Of a stretch of 64,000 nt of DNA, positions 29,901 through 35,701 are shown piece by piece. The notes below the pieces were generated by a model. The model worked only from the letters and a program-made list of their open reading frames with translations, made no database searches and had not been told where the DNA came from. A program made the translations under genes and the position numbers. Origin of the DNA: an uncultured virus (IMG/VR IMGVR_UViG_3300032278_000001). Its lineage: Duplodnaviria; Heunggongvirae; Uroviricota; Caudoviricetes. The DNA lies in the IMG/VR virus record IMGVR_UViG_3300032278_000001. One strand, 5' to 3'. Numbering within the stretch: position 1 is the first letter of the stretch; each line of letters opens with the position of its first letter.

Positions 29901-32337
29901 TAAGTAAGTCCCCATAAACAGAGTTGTATCTTTCTACAGCTCGTTTCATCATCTGAGTATTAAACATAAACATCATCTTGAACTGATTATACATAACTTC
30001 ATTTATATATTCATATGTATATTCATCAGTTCCTGGCTTATACTTATTTCTGTCAAAAGGGTTTGTTAATTCTTGATTTAATTCTTTCCAAGCTTTTTCA
30101 GTCTCATCTATTCTTTCTACTGATGCCACCATTCTACTTCTTACTTTATCAATACCATCCTGACTTGACTCTTCTGGAAATGCTTCAGCTAAGGCTTTGT
30201 CATCTAACTCTAAGAAATCTTGAAACTGAGCTTTAAAGAAGTGTGACTTTCCTGTCATATGCAAGGAATTTAAGTGTGAATATATTGATGCATCTTTTGC
30301 ATCATGATATTCTAATGCACTATATCTTTGATCAGCTTCAAACATTATTTCACTCAAATGTTTTTGTGTAGCAGAATTCAATTTAGAAATATCAAAATAT
30401 CTACCTACTCCACTTGCAGCATCATCATACATCTCTTGTAAGTGTTTAACTGCAATATCTAAGTTTTCTTCTTGCTGTTCTCTATGTGCTTTCCATTCTT
30501 GTTTATTAGTTGCATAATGAAATCCACTAGGAATAGTCTTAAACATTATATGTTGTGGTATTTGTACTAATCCTCCCATTACAAATCCTGATGCAAATAT
30601 TTCAGCTCCTTGCTTAGTCATCATTGCACTAACACCTCTACCTTTAGAAGCACTCCATTCTGAGGAAGCTTTTTGAGCATCCCATCCTACAACTACATTA
30701 TCATTATGGAGGTTTGTATAATAATCCTTCATTGCAACTGCAAGTCCTTCTTGATAAAGTTCTTGAAACCCTTCAGCTAAATTTGCTCTACCATATAATA
30801 ATCCAGCTCCTAATATTTGTTGCATGTTACCTTTAAATCCTCTTGCCATAACTCTTGGTAACCACCATTTACTTCCTTTCTTTATTGCTTCCTTACCTGT
30901 TTTCTTCCCAGCAAAAGTAAGTACTCTTCTACCCATACCTCTTGCTGCTGCCGCAGTTGCTGCTGCTAAACCTCTAAATCCTTTTAAAGCTGTTCCTATT
31001 ACTAATTTATTTGTTAAGAATATAACAGGTGCATTATATATAACTGTCTGAAATTCAGCCTCTTTTGAATGTTTATAAACATTTTCTAATGCTTCCATAC
31101 TAGGATCTCCCCCATTTAATTTTGCTCTTTCTTCTAAATATAAGTTGTCTACCATTTCATTAAATACCATACCACCCTCAAGTTTGGATTCTGCTACAGC
31201 TAAATTTACAGCTCTAAGATCTCTGTAGAATGCTCCAAAATATTGTGCGTTTTTTGCAAAACCTTGTATACCGTTAGCAACATTTTTTGTAGTATTAAGT
31301 GTTCTCCATGCTGCAGCTGTTTCTGGAGCAATCATATGAGCACCAAATCTTAACCCAGCTCTCCAATAGTCTTTTGCATTTTCTGCTTTTCTTAATGATC
31401 TTATTAATGCACTACCACCACTAACAGCTCTTGTTAATCCAAAATTATTATAAACTCTTGAAAAGTATTTAGGTATGTCAAATGCTCTCTTTACATTTTT
31501 ACCAGTTCTTGCAACTGCTACTGCACCAACACCAGGATTTCCACCAGATAAAGCTGTAACACCTGCTAATACTAGCTCTTCTAGGGCAATACTTGTTATA
31601 ATACCCATTGTAAATCCAGTTTGTAAAAGTGTGTTATTTACCCAATCTCCACCACCTTTTCTCATTGCATCATGAAATGATACAGCACCTAAATAATCAC
31701 CTTCTAAGTAGGTTCTTTCACCACTTAGCATATCTCCTATTGCTCTCCAACCAGATGAAAATGCTGGCCAAAATAATTTACCATAATTATCTTGCATTCT
31801 AGAATTACGGTCCCAAAAGTCTTCACTTACCTTATATAATGCTTCATTATTTCTAAAAGGATGAAACCCAACTTCTTGGAAATCAGCTGATCCCTGCCAT
31901 TTATCAAAATTAAAACCTTTGGTGCTAAAATGAATAGTTTTAGGACTAGCACCAAAATAAGCAGGTGCGGTATTTGTTGAATAGGTAAGCATGTTATTAA
32001 AATCTCTTCTTCTTTGTTCAGCAATATTAGCTACTTTACTTTTTTGTTGTTGTTCTGGAAGAGGTGGAAGAAGTTCTTGATTAATTCCTGGAGCATAAGA
32101 TGTAGGAATCTGGTTAATAATTTGTGCAGTAGCTTGCCAATTATTTACCATATCATTAGCAGGACTTAATGTACCTATTGGAAAAGTAAAATAATTATTT
32201 TCAAGTGCCTCTATATCAACATTTTCCATTGATGCATCATGAAGAGGTACAGCTGTAAGTTCTTGAGTATTACTAACTGTTTCATCACTTATCCCAGGTA
32301 TTGTACTATTTGCTTGGTTTTGATCAAATTCTGCCAT
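14917..32337 (-). CDS. Virion RNA polymerase polyprotein (crAss-like two-barrel RNAP), 5806 aa, with accessory domains
   Basis: RIPSQ...GADFDIDKLY (18775-18915), the DFDID catalytic motif of crAss-like vRNAPs such as phi14:2 gp66; HEAFH zincin, GNAT, P-loop kinase and NADAR-like segments; N-terminal hydrophobic helices. Confidence 0.9.
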   Translation of the reverse strand: MAEFDQNQANSTIPGISDETVSNTQELTAVPLHDASMENVDIEALENNYFTFPIGTLSPANDMVNNWQATAQIINQIPTSYAPGINQELLPPLPEQQQKSKVANIAEQRRRDFNNMLTYSTNTAPAYFGASPKTIHFSTKGFNFDKWQGSADFQEVGFHPFRNNEALYKVSEDFWDRNSRMQDNYGKLFWPAFSSGWRAIGDMLSGERTYLEGDYLGAVSFHDAMRKGGGDWVNNTLLQTGFTMGIITSIALEELVLAGVTALSGGNPGVGAVAVARTGKNVKRAFDIPKYFSRVYNNFGLTRAVSGGSALIRSLRKAENAKDYWRAGLRFGAHMIAPETAAAWRTLNTTKNVANGIQGFAKNAQYFGAFYRDLRAVNLAVAESKLEGGMVFNEMVDNLYLEERAKLNGGDPSMEALENVYKHSKEAEFQTVIYNAPVIFLTNKLVIGTALKGFRGLAAATAAAARGMGRRVLTFAGKKTGKEAIKKGSKWWLPRVMARGFKGNMQQILGAGLLYGRANLAEGFQELYQEGLAVAMKDYYTNLHNDNVVVGWDAQKASSEWSASKGRGVSAMMTKQGAEIFASGFVMGGLVQIPQHIMFKTIPSGFHYATNKQEWKAHREQQEENLDIAVKHLQEMYDDAASGVGRYFDISKLNSATQKHLSEIMFEADQRYSALEYHDAKDASIYSHLNSLHMTGKSHFFKAQFQDFLELDDKALAEAFPEESSQDGIDKVRSRMVASVERIDETEKAWKELNQELTNPFDRNKYKPGTDEYTYEYINEVMYNQFKMMFMFNTQMMKRAVERYNSVYGDLLKSGVSKNIQSKDIDVLTNISALVKEMSMLEVEMELARTTEDFEIEMISKSEYKRLYQDIAKRRQAELDKLKAAGKADYANVTKVQEKYDAEEAALNEREIFEAEETTEEKPRYDDNRVPVKREEFTVTTEDGDVIIFRATTRLDGSVVWTMKADDFWVDATVIDAKIQQRDNISNEEAIKLYTEVKVRDSKTDKMIPSGDTYTVGKVEDYSTVMNPKMWDRLTADQKERVDSERAAEKSSETEAETTETKTRIKSGEELTEDEAMLQMSEDERKQYLDQQERSALLKEIFEVLTDKENVIKTTDSKEVLRLIKAKVNKDDSLDEEQKKQEIARRILQYEIKSVEKNFGFFDRRKVGKLRPVIQAYVEYLSKQEGGDGIVDMTKFEDFIKGIMDHKALKGRSIEFNKAINMMINPDHALEMQDRMALGMLKAYRENRGKIEERLRKWVGTQSVNVFLNDLANAGIYPIDEEMEAFLKDPQNNIPRTYRTENGMLTKETDALKYSQLNTIRINFKESMESLFKKEEKKEEKKAEKETVKKEVKSFQDFVEEEQVEDPIKKQEENLDQRIKDAEEMEEGVDDNRLRVPSFIKAVLNRRHANYIRNWKLSDTTEDYMEIEQWREQPKIKAIYKALTEIYKIYALERSTEDFGEWLENNRTTPQVRKIYHSQFALTYTDIAVKEPKGFQKSTLDKGARETVLLGKGVNIIRKTLVDEDGNERHMYDITDDYKNSLILKPIEGEDALNEAKKKQQELINKSTEGGSIIFEGKAFKHGEVLKDKEDNSWVVISKRDTFNGNDLYVTPIQDFKKKIKRTKVIKTGKFTSEEWSRSSDQSIDKKAKEKVSQLRPEEPLYISSTRKKKKDTNGYYKGEDNLEDIETKQEADERQQTMLRNLEPAELAGLTLRISYGPKWAHAEGVPVDKKTVADNHGKEYAENKNILKHAQEYSVEVLNGKTSLGYLNGPTSLILLDSMDMAIHPEVITESQVLKLFRTYGNQNITKVTKDIRNHYIQAYYLYEQFNNALKGKGEGSTVDLKLSDLDYIDIKISRGNEAFVEKGTKGVKFEDLEYKYIDGKSTYWILQYRRDYSITSGGKIKTLDRHITNVKRSQRKQYEDIVDELVRTRGNQLAKLGAYVAVVQLPNGSYSLIEVKAPTMSDEKANNIISSIHKQVEKTLDENITKTKDDKVKPKSTSFNHEYNDKLMEALFIANDVGTDVQLNVTPYGELEITLYNKKAFEKKDGKVAIFERKRLVKGEELAKIKTARDLINYINKLSTDSKNFAKTQNDTAITKEANKIKLNLTVNAFKESIPDKGISSKKILTQYLLPAETSYEARVRKNIKLLMSASDSAGMDSTADRLKTIRRLANEGNAKTIIEEETPTEIIETAEVTPETIADAYENPESIPSNVIAGIVGKIQSGEGLNPGEANLYENIAKERIDEALARAEAQETMDESVKEEYRKKVNIAKQKAEDYYNIKTNEIIEELVKQGQTSAQAKGAAYLTVMNDPVYLKLIEEYEDLNSNSALAVIPGVWDGYDVEKIDNFIAWAKESLPEQLYTRVDHLQQIDELGIKLKEAKYKVGRFLMHGETISELQGEISVGKYTPLKYHEAFHGVFRMLLTDQEIKHYLGLAKKEVRAKMRDGGIKLTHGVVVKNVNDALKEMRKVHPKYAEMTRAKLEETLYEEYLANQFDNWKMNPQSVSTETRSLFQKIMDFIKHLLGYTREKSINDLFNEIDSGVFRTKATKNNMFTRAAESSSGNTYRNKPVAFAIVNIPTGVITTTSTDARTGEERTMDVTSYLPADDAQKMIFTIGQLFMNRREKSSIADSALLDNTISDFVNMYNVTDRIEFYQEQEGFIQFAPKLKKHYEALAEHESLIKDAVLSYIGAFEVKENENDIEESEEAQEYGLRSTSQYSKDQSMIGGWSKLSQWVRQYIGLTTLTEVDEYGNEFINPEAPQHLRERVTVPVDFMFVYRGILKSVKNSRNDQELIKKMVMFSRSDNKHTRAFVDKFLTDIGLTESEVLSDDWQLGENVKDAIKFQRVVNAFRLYRTTNAIVHRDIRGGRESGIYYMYEANRQDDEHSQTKVWAAKFIQKAPRLLKDSELQREVIRALDDLIDLLEETSIADRLTTEQLSKIKNYDVSKDDSLEGRANYISSVLNEALGMSLRSEYIKYSVTNNIAEEDRTNQQQALYILNNYIEAVDTEAIREIKMSLQKGEHLYRDYQELFDEETGESLGFEKGGVKGRIRKLAANNAQFDESVGESTFMSADNHQIWGHQVPTFHLETIAEMRGNEWIKKIQDDDNFTFNSLIKDEKFLEAVRKGEIRHIRLSGHKLAPLGMDTGEFELGSGNGVSYGDLSMKDFIKNMLAMATYTYDKSSPLKKTPVFETKDGQKFVMAPVPIKILSDASTLDMVVMPVNHMIHQTDEGEIELTEEGLDLYINDIQEEYARIQKENDLETKDERTIEGFNTGEMRGLQLFNTGNLMNIREGNIKSTIRVQPPSLADVTIEGILEGNQKITLLSKAQSGKVRIAVGTTAVVELIKRDKAGGEYVAITNKGLSNVEDVDLARVIEDLGTMVYRTRPEARGKKEPLSFTYRKKKFWTFSWNLVNFVNGKQDFYILRYNTNIEGEAGIIDPTAEYNISERTVQELTELRDDAVEREEYELAQQLTNELDSRSEVSEFEIKEGEYLTQKEYEESSILIDKEKRKSLRDSYDSGTPIILSINTISKKAINSKMTKEEQLTVENAVIFNLKVKGNNIGVLAVDSRSNKIIDVEIIPEFRRLGLGVKLYKAAAKKLGGLISDNLIVSAKAQRVWESLVREGLAQEIVDAKTKSIVGDDIGYTWVGETAESKANKLYTLDTSVKEEMERRALAGDSWAVASKEPITYTDANGKKVTTTLEERVKQKQMQELGDFTNMLYEQNIMASLPLDVREGLIDVDTGSAGGVTYSTTQETDYLEKLYNIKHGNREYNLAQLFFNFSINARRFAKHTTGDAAMSFTDMFVNLTKRAKGEHGGGTNFATDVIAPELGIHHKNKDINLLTIRDPKFQKLYNDIFGTGDVGKPGQTADAFAVMTSKAFLHTAFGDGRLSWNQAQLMKKLANGDKISSSEVFGDNKFQGGLILPIGIPGSGKSTWINKLRAEGRNVLVISPDAIRAELTDVSDQSNNALVFKLAHERAATGLRQGKLVVFDATNTMQEGPFGRTALIENLKKMSGKEFTTYYEMFDVDPVTVKQRIEKDIASGKKRAVVPEHVIDRMHTQFVENKNNLSGMIKFDIAHVQNKGLKKLDAFLNSKKFMYFDGTTYLKMSVVTLIPELTSVKINGEWVARIGREEWHDLRLKLEAQEADTETFSMAAFESASKAAKINVVDTKDAFSQTDVSNMFTTIQAKYLRRQMINPSNKLEIVDAVQMKHKLPSEQIEGKTIKIDNKSYSMREVMDKYHKTVQARLANKYFRRRNLIFTMESSLNELAKSKEIGKATVNLKAFVDYAQNALEASQAKVQMLDLFETENGAPKFNLNNQITEKHFEKLFLTFFSKGVLSERLPGTSLALMPEFGFKVVKKVVELDKETGQPIRWDVIRSEDWETNYRPKGVEIQHKEFADENAETFVNMEEGDIYLDVLRHDVMIYNEKGEPTDVTGSEFMMSPHFKSVMDHIKPGDKIPDVIAKAFGIRIPSQDDHSAVNLIMVDFLPAVMGSTAIFSKRLIEISGADFDIDKLYTQLKEFYYKKGVFKEYGKGANRRQQYADYIRNIITQYGNKKSDIFMATEVWADRGDFVPAVTERTITSFNKENGTEYTVDEILNGEMIIDNDGNRNIVQPKINAFIIHEALSISDPLTDQQVLKLWKRNEDIQGGLWLIGLPSTLEEYNQYRDEYGREPYDAALNNDALDLKYALLGNPGKTKPGKGDHVAPAYQSAVVTPLEEAWEFFESQMPGLAEERKAQEYDPYNLLGQAVAFNSNKEFSRGIGSIVAPNLPLNVLSEHAIKLRNDEFIKVLELNGQPYKGFVKKYAINTETGEEDSNLYRKQFAISALISGIVDNANEQLAQKLGIVKPALPVLGTLLAMGVDINTAVVMINHPAINLIYEELGTKRKMEAGFDKRLNDRIIFIEKSVLKRKATDKETQANPEVSTEEMVKFINETKINRSAGSTKAGYVKEAKGSNFEVLTNDQALFDLAVLQEFQKAKAYTDFVRNVGVLLNIAKGTGQDTAAIEDAYDAAAELGLDLNNKEFSKTNIPFDVRSIFNDGKTFQSTYWQILQEINEKVLPKVLLNRTTPFLRLRDSLLNNLNQGRINSEQRRVLSSEITSYLAGKAYIQWLKFDDTHADQLASLSNGYIYDALGEEFTVISVVDRMRRYITSKGRDNYFLNEHIVAIDTKHEDNKQGFSRLITSNWTQFTDEELNNLQSSMLELYSDVNTRQDLMHLINYLTVKDGLRFNSESFINVVPASLLQNQLNVVTPVHKLFLDSKPSDKLYDRIFGATYKELQYELIVGFTEGVNSNKFITQINSKKLDQSFVVDAEEAIIPESTININYYAEEGDSNTKLLSNLAERKFKYDFKGKTKKYSSVEQAFQSLRSGEFDQKTYDKYKKKDGYGVVIEGKETSENIDPLALMRELVITSLTQNHLNDKLIKMLMSHSDFTISQGLTVIDRAMLDGLKMAQTEFVTNKETGRYVTRDYVKYRAKHASKTFNNRTNERLDEGTLRINALFDLGKNSMFANGKPLTGKKLSALNTTKDILKDLGIGYTVSDKKGRPRIIANFPYALTVIDEDLRGNKEYRHYKLEGMIQPGDGTINVDMFDVMNNDGEFLGQIAEYVKYDQLGSRQQKGPAYLYGQRPTYKQLRQNEEDKAEGWDDLVLGIGDDIGEGFEEMFDFDAKRGENKAFSETDDVKATDKGYTATKKQGEEQDENSIESTLETDAEGGFEIDNRRFVDLDAILNKSKDTSEQTDDSDQYPLITEYWNSLDSRGKLKLMDALDITTINELFTIFENQNNLDNEKQFIDRLKSCY

Positions 32338-35300
32338 TATTTGGATTTCTTAGCGTTATAACCCTTATCAGCTGCTTGAAGATTTAGATTCATTGTTTGT
32401 TGATTTAGAAGAAATTGAATTGTATTTTGCTCTAAATTTGCCCAAGTTTGAAAACCTTTATGATCTCCAACATCTTCTTTATATATTTGTGTTACATCTA
32501 CAGGATCATCAACATATTGATGTAAGTCAGCATCCCATGTTTGAATATATTTTTCTGCTTGAATAGAATTAATAACATTACCTTCTTCATAAATATTTCT
32601 AAAAATTACCTTACCTCCACCTGGTCTTGTAATTACAACAGGTACTCCAGATTGTAAATAGTCCTCAAAATGATGTCTTGGTTGATTATCCGCTTTATTA
32701 AAGAATTCTCCTTTTGGCCATATAACTGTTAATGTATTGGATGTTAAACCTGCTGCTTCTTTATCACCATCTTGTACTATAGGATCCATATATGCATTAG
32801 CAAACTTCTCATCTAACTGTATAACAACACCACTATAATCTGTTTCTGGATTACCATCCGCAAAAGCTAATTCCCTTCCACCTATGTTTTGATTATATTG
32901 AATAACAGCTTTTAATCTACTTTCTTTACTTTTATCAGAATCTTCATTACTAAGAGAACTTAAATATAATTGTTTTAATATTTCTTTACCGTGTGGCATG
33001 TTACTAAGTTCTACAAATGATGATGATTTATCACCTGCCTTAATAAACATTTTTCCACTACCTTTTAAGTAGTTCTCTATAAATTGTGCCCATTGATATT
33101 CACCAGGATTATCACCAGGAGCATTTGCTATATCCATAGCCCCACCAAATGAAGGTGATATTGATGAACCTGCACCATATTGATCTGAACCTTCATACCA
33201 AGCATCAGCATTAAATACTGGAAAACTGTCTTTAGTACCTGTTCCTTTTTCTTGTACTGCATTTACAGTCTCGGTTAATAGTTTATATTGTTCTTTAGCT
33301 TGTGCTGTTGCTCCAACTTTATCAAATGTATATTTTACTCCAGCAATATCATAAACACCTGCTTCTGCTCTTAATCCTGATTGAAGGCTTTCTTTTGAAA
33401 ATAAAGATTTCTTCTTTGGTACATCTATAACACTTACCTTAAGGAATTCATCACTTTTAGGTTTAAGATCAATTAACTTTTTCTCATTCACTTCTTTGTT
33501 TGCTCCCGTGAAATAAGGTAACCATTCTCCCAGTGCTGTTAGAGTAGAACTACCTGTACCTTCAATTCGTACTTCATCAAATGCAACAGATGATACAAAA
33601 TCATTAACAAATTCAGTTTCAGTTTTATAGTTATAATTTTTATCAAAAATACTAATACCATATTCATCTAGAAGTTTTTGAAATTTTTGACCTCCTGAAT
33701 CATTCGTTACAACAAGATCATATGCTGCTTTATTTGCTTCAGCCTGCTTCTCTCTAGATGTTTTAATCATTAATTGTTTACCATCTAAGATCTCATCCAT
33801 ACGTGTAATACCATTAAGCATCTCTGTATAATCTCCCAACCAACCATTAGTTCCATCAAAACCTTCTATCTGTGTCATCATTTTATCATAGAGTATATTA
33901 ACATTTGCTGAATTTCCTTTATCAAGTTGTTCTTTTAATTGATCCCAGTTGTTAATTCCTAAACCTTGAAGCATGTCAGCTCCACCTGCCCCAGAAACTC
34001 CATCTACTCCTGAATCTTTTAGATTTTTATAATATTGCTGTATGATAGCTGGATCTACTTCCATATCCTTTTTTTGTTCACGAGCAGGTAATATTTGTGC
34101 AAATAACTCCTCTGTAGTAACTGGCTCACCTGTTGCAGCATTCATCTGATTGTAAAATTTTACAATCTCATTAAACATTTGTGTTTCAACATCTAATAAT
34201 TGTTTAGCATCCCTCTTCTTATTCTTTTGATCAATTGTAAAAAGAGTAAATACTTCATCATTATCCTCATCAAGAGCATAATTAGCTGTATTAGCATTTC
34301 CTTGTCCATCCCAAACATGTTGTGGTACACCTGGATTCTCTGCTTTAAGAGATGCTTCAAACGCTTTCTCTATCATTTTTAGATCACTTTTATATTTTGC
34401 TAATGATAATCTATTACTCTGTTTAACTTTTTCTAAGTAACTTTTTGTTTCATCCCATTCTGTTTTAGCATCTACACTTGCATATGAATTGGCAGCTAGA
34501 TCAACATCTTTTGCAATAAGGAAGGACATCTCTGCTATATATGCTTTTGTAAGTTGATCATTAGGTCCCATATTTTCCTTAGTTACATCATTATAATTCT
34601 TTGTAAGTGCTGCTTTTGCCTTCTTAATTGATTCTAATTCACCTAAGGTAGATAACCATTCTATTTCTTCTTTACTAGCATTTATAATACCATTTCTTTT
34701 TCTATATTGGTCCCAATGTTGTTTTTTTACCTTTTGATTTTTTTCTTTCTCTTTTAAATCATCAATTGCCTCTTGACCTTTAACTGTATATTTTTCAATT
34801 GTATCATTTATCCAAACATCTAAAGCTGCATCTACACCTCCATATTGCTCTTGATTTTCTTCAGACCATACTCTTCCATTAACATATGATCTTGTTTTAT
34901 AGTACTCCATCATCTTAGGATTTTGTAATACAACAGCTTTAATATAATCACCTGCAGGATCTGTATATGTCATCTTACCTTCCTTATTAAGAACTCCTGT
35001 AGGTTGTGCTCTTAATAGACTACCATTTTTTTGTGTTATCTTCCATTGACCGTTAGGTGTGAATCTAACATCCTCAATATTCATATCTAATTCCTTAAGA
35101 GCAGCAATCCCATCTGTTATAAGGTCCATCTTATCCACCCATTTAGGAAGTGGTTTATTCATGGCTTCTTCATCTGTAGCATTTACAAAATCATCCATTT
35201 TAAATTGAAGAAATTGTTCAGCACCTTTCCAGTATTTTTTATTTTCATCAGGATTACTACTGTTTAATAATGATTGACCTCTTGCCATTTGTTTTTTATA

Positions 35301-35642
35301 CTCTTTAGTATAAACAAGATCTCTAACTAGGTTTTTATTCTCATAGAATGGTTTAAACAATGCTTTAGCAGAATCAACGTTTTCTTGTAAAGAAAGATCT
35401 AATCCTGCAATTTGTTTCATTTTTGGAATTAAATGTTCAGTATATTGATCCCTTGTGCTTTTATTGTTAGCTCTTGATAAATCTGCATGAACAACACTTC
35501 CATACATGTTATTCATATGCTTGTAGTTGGTATTATATCTGTCTTGTCTAATGTCTAATACATCAGATAAAAACTTATAATCAGGAGTAAATGTCTCCGT
35601 CTGTGGTATATAATCCGTTACGTTTGGTAGGTACGTTGCCAT
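32337..35642 (-). CDS. Putative virion cargo/ejection protein, 1101 aa
   Basis: Mostly helical; coupled to the vRNAP gene (TAATG overlap); position matches crAss-like cargo genes. Confidence 0.65.
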   Translation of the reverse strand: MATYLPNVTDYIPQTETFTPDYKFLSDVLDIRQDRYNTNYKHMNNMYGSVVHADLSRANNKSTRDQYTEHLIPKMKQIAGLDLSLQENVDSAKALFKPFYENKNLVRDLVYTKEYKKQMARGQSLLNSSNPDENKKYWKGAEQFLQFKMDDFVNATDEEAMNKPLPKWVDKMDLITDGIAALKELDMNIEDVRFTPNGQWKITQKNGSLLRAQPTGVLNKEGKMTYTDPAGDYIKAVVLQNPKMMEYYKTRSYVNGRVWSEENQEQYGGVDAALDVWINDTIEKYTVKGQEAIDDLKEKEKNQKVKKQHWDQYRKRNGIINASKEEIEWLSTLGELESIKKAKAALTKNYNDVTKENMGPNDQLTKAYIAEMSFLIAKDVDLAANSYASVDAKTEWDETKSYLEKVKQSNRLSLAKYKSDLKMIEKAFEASLKAENPGVPQHVWDGQGNANTANYALDEDNDEVFTLFTIDQKNKKRDAKQLLDVETQMFNEIVKFYNQMNAATGEPVTTEELFAQILPAREQKKDMEVDPAIIQQYYKNLKDSGVDGVSGAGGADMLQGLGINNWDQLKEQLDKGNSANVNILYDKMMTQIEGFDGTNGWLGDYTEMLNGITRMDEILDGKQLMIKTSREKQAEANKAAYDLVVTNDSGGQKFQKLLDEYGISIFDKNYNYKTETEFVNDFVSSVAFDEVRIEGTGSSTLTALGEWLPYFTGANKEVNEKKLIDLKPKSDEFLKVSVIDVPKKKSLFSKESLQSGLRAEAGVYDIAGVKYTFDKVGATAQAKEQYKLLTETVNAVQEKGTGTKDSFPVFNADAWYEGSDQYGAGSSISPSFGGAMDIANAPGDNPGEYQWAQFIENYLKGSGKMFIKAGDKSSSFVELSNMPHGKEILKQLYLSSLSNEDSDKSKESRLKAVIQYNQNIGGRELAFADGNPETDYSGVVIQLDEKFANAYMDPIVQDGDKEAAGLTSNTLTVIWPKGEFFNKADNQPRHHFEDYLQSGVPVVITRPGGGKVIFRNIYEEGNVINSIQAEKYIQTWDADLHQYVDDPVDVTQIYKEDVGDHKGFQTWANLEQNTIQFLLNQQTMNLNLQAADKGYNAKKSK

Positions 35643-35646
35643 ATTA

Positions 35647-35660
35647 CAAAATTACTAAAT
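35647..35660 (-). promoter_or_regulatory. Bacteroidota -7 promoter element TAATTTTG (ATTTAGTAATTTTG)
   Basis: Exact TAnnTTTG, 4 nt before the ATG at 35642; shares the ATTTAGTA prefix with the repeated motif. Confidence 0.55.
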
Positions 35661-35701
35661 TTATTTTATTTATAAAAATTATTGATACAAACTTTTTAAG
35701 T

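Noticed and set aside
14917..32337. Inteins or introns as the cause of the vRNAP's size
   Set aside because: No intein splice-junction or LAGLIDADG motifs noticed; the frame is continuous and the extra segments look like enzyme domains.
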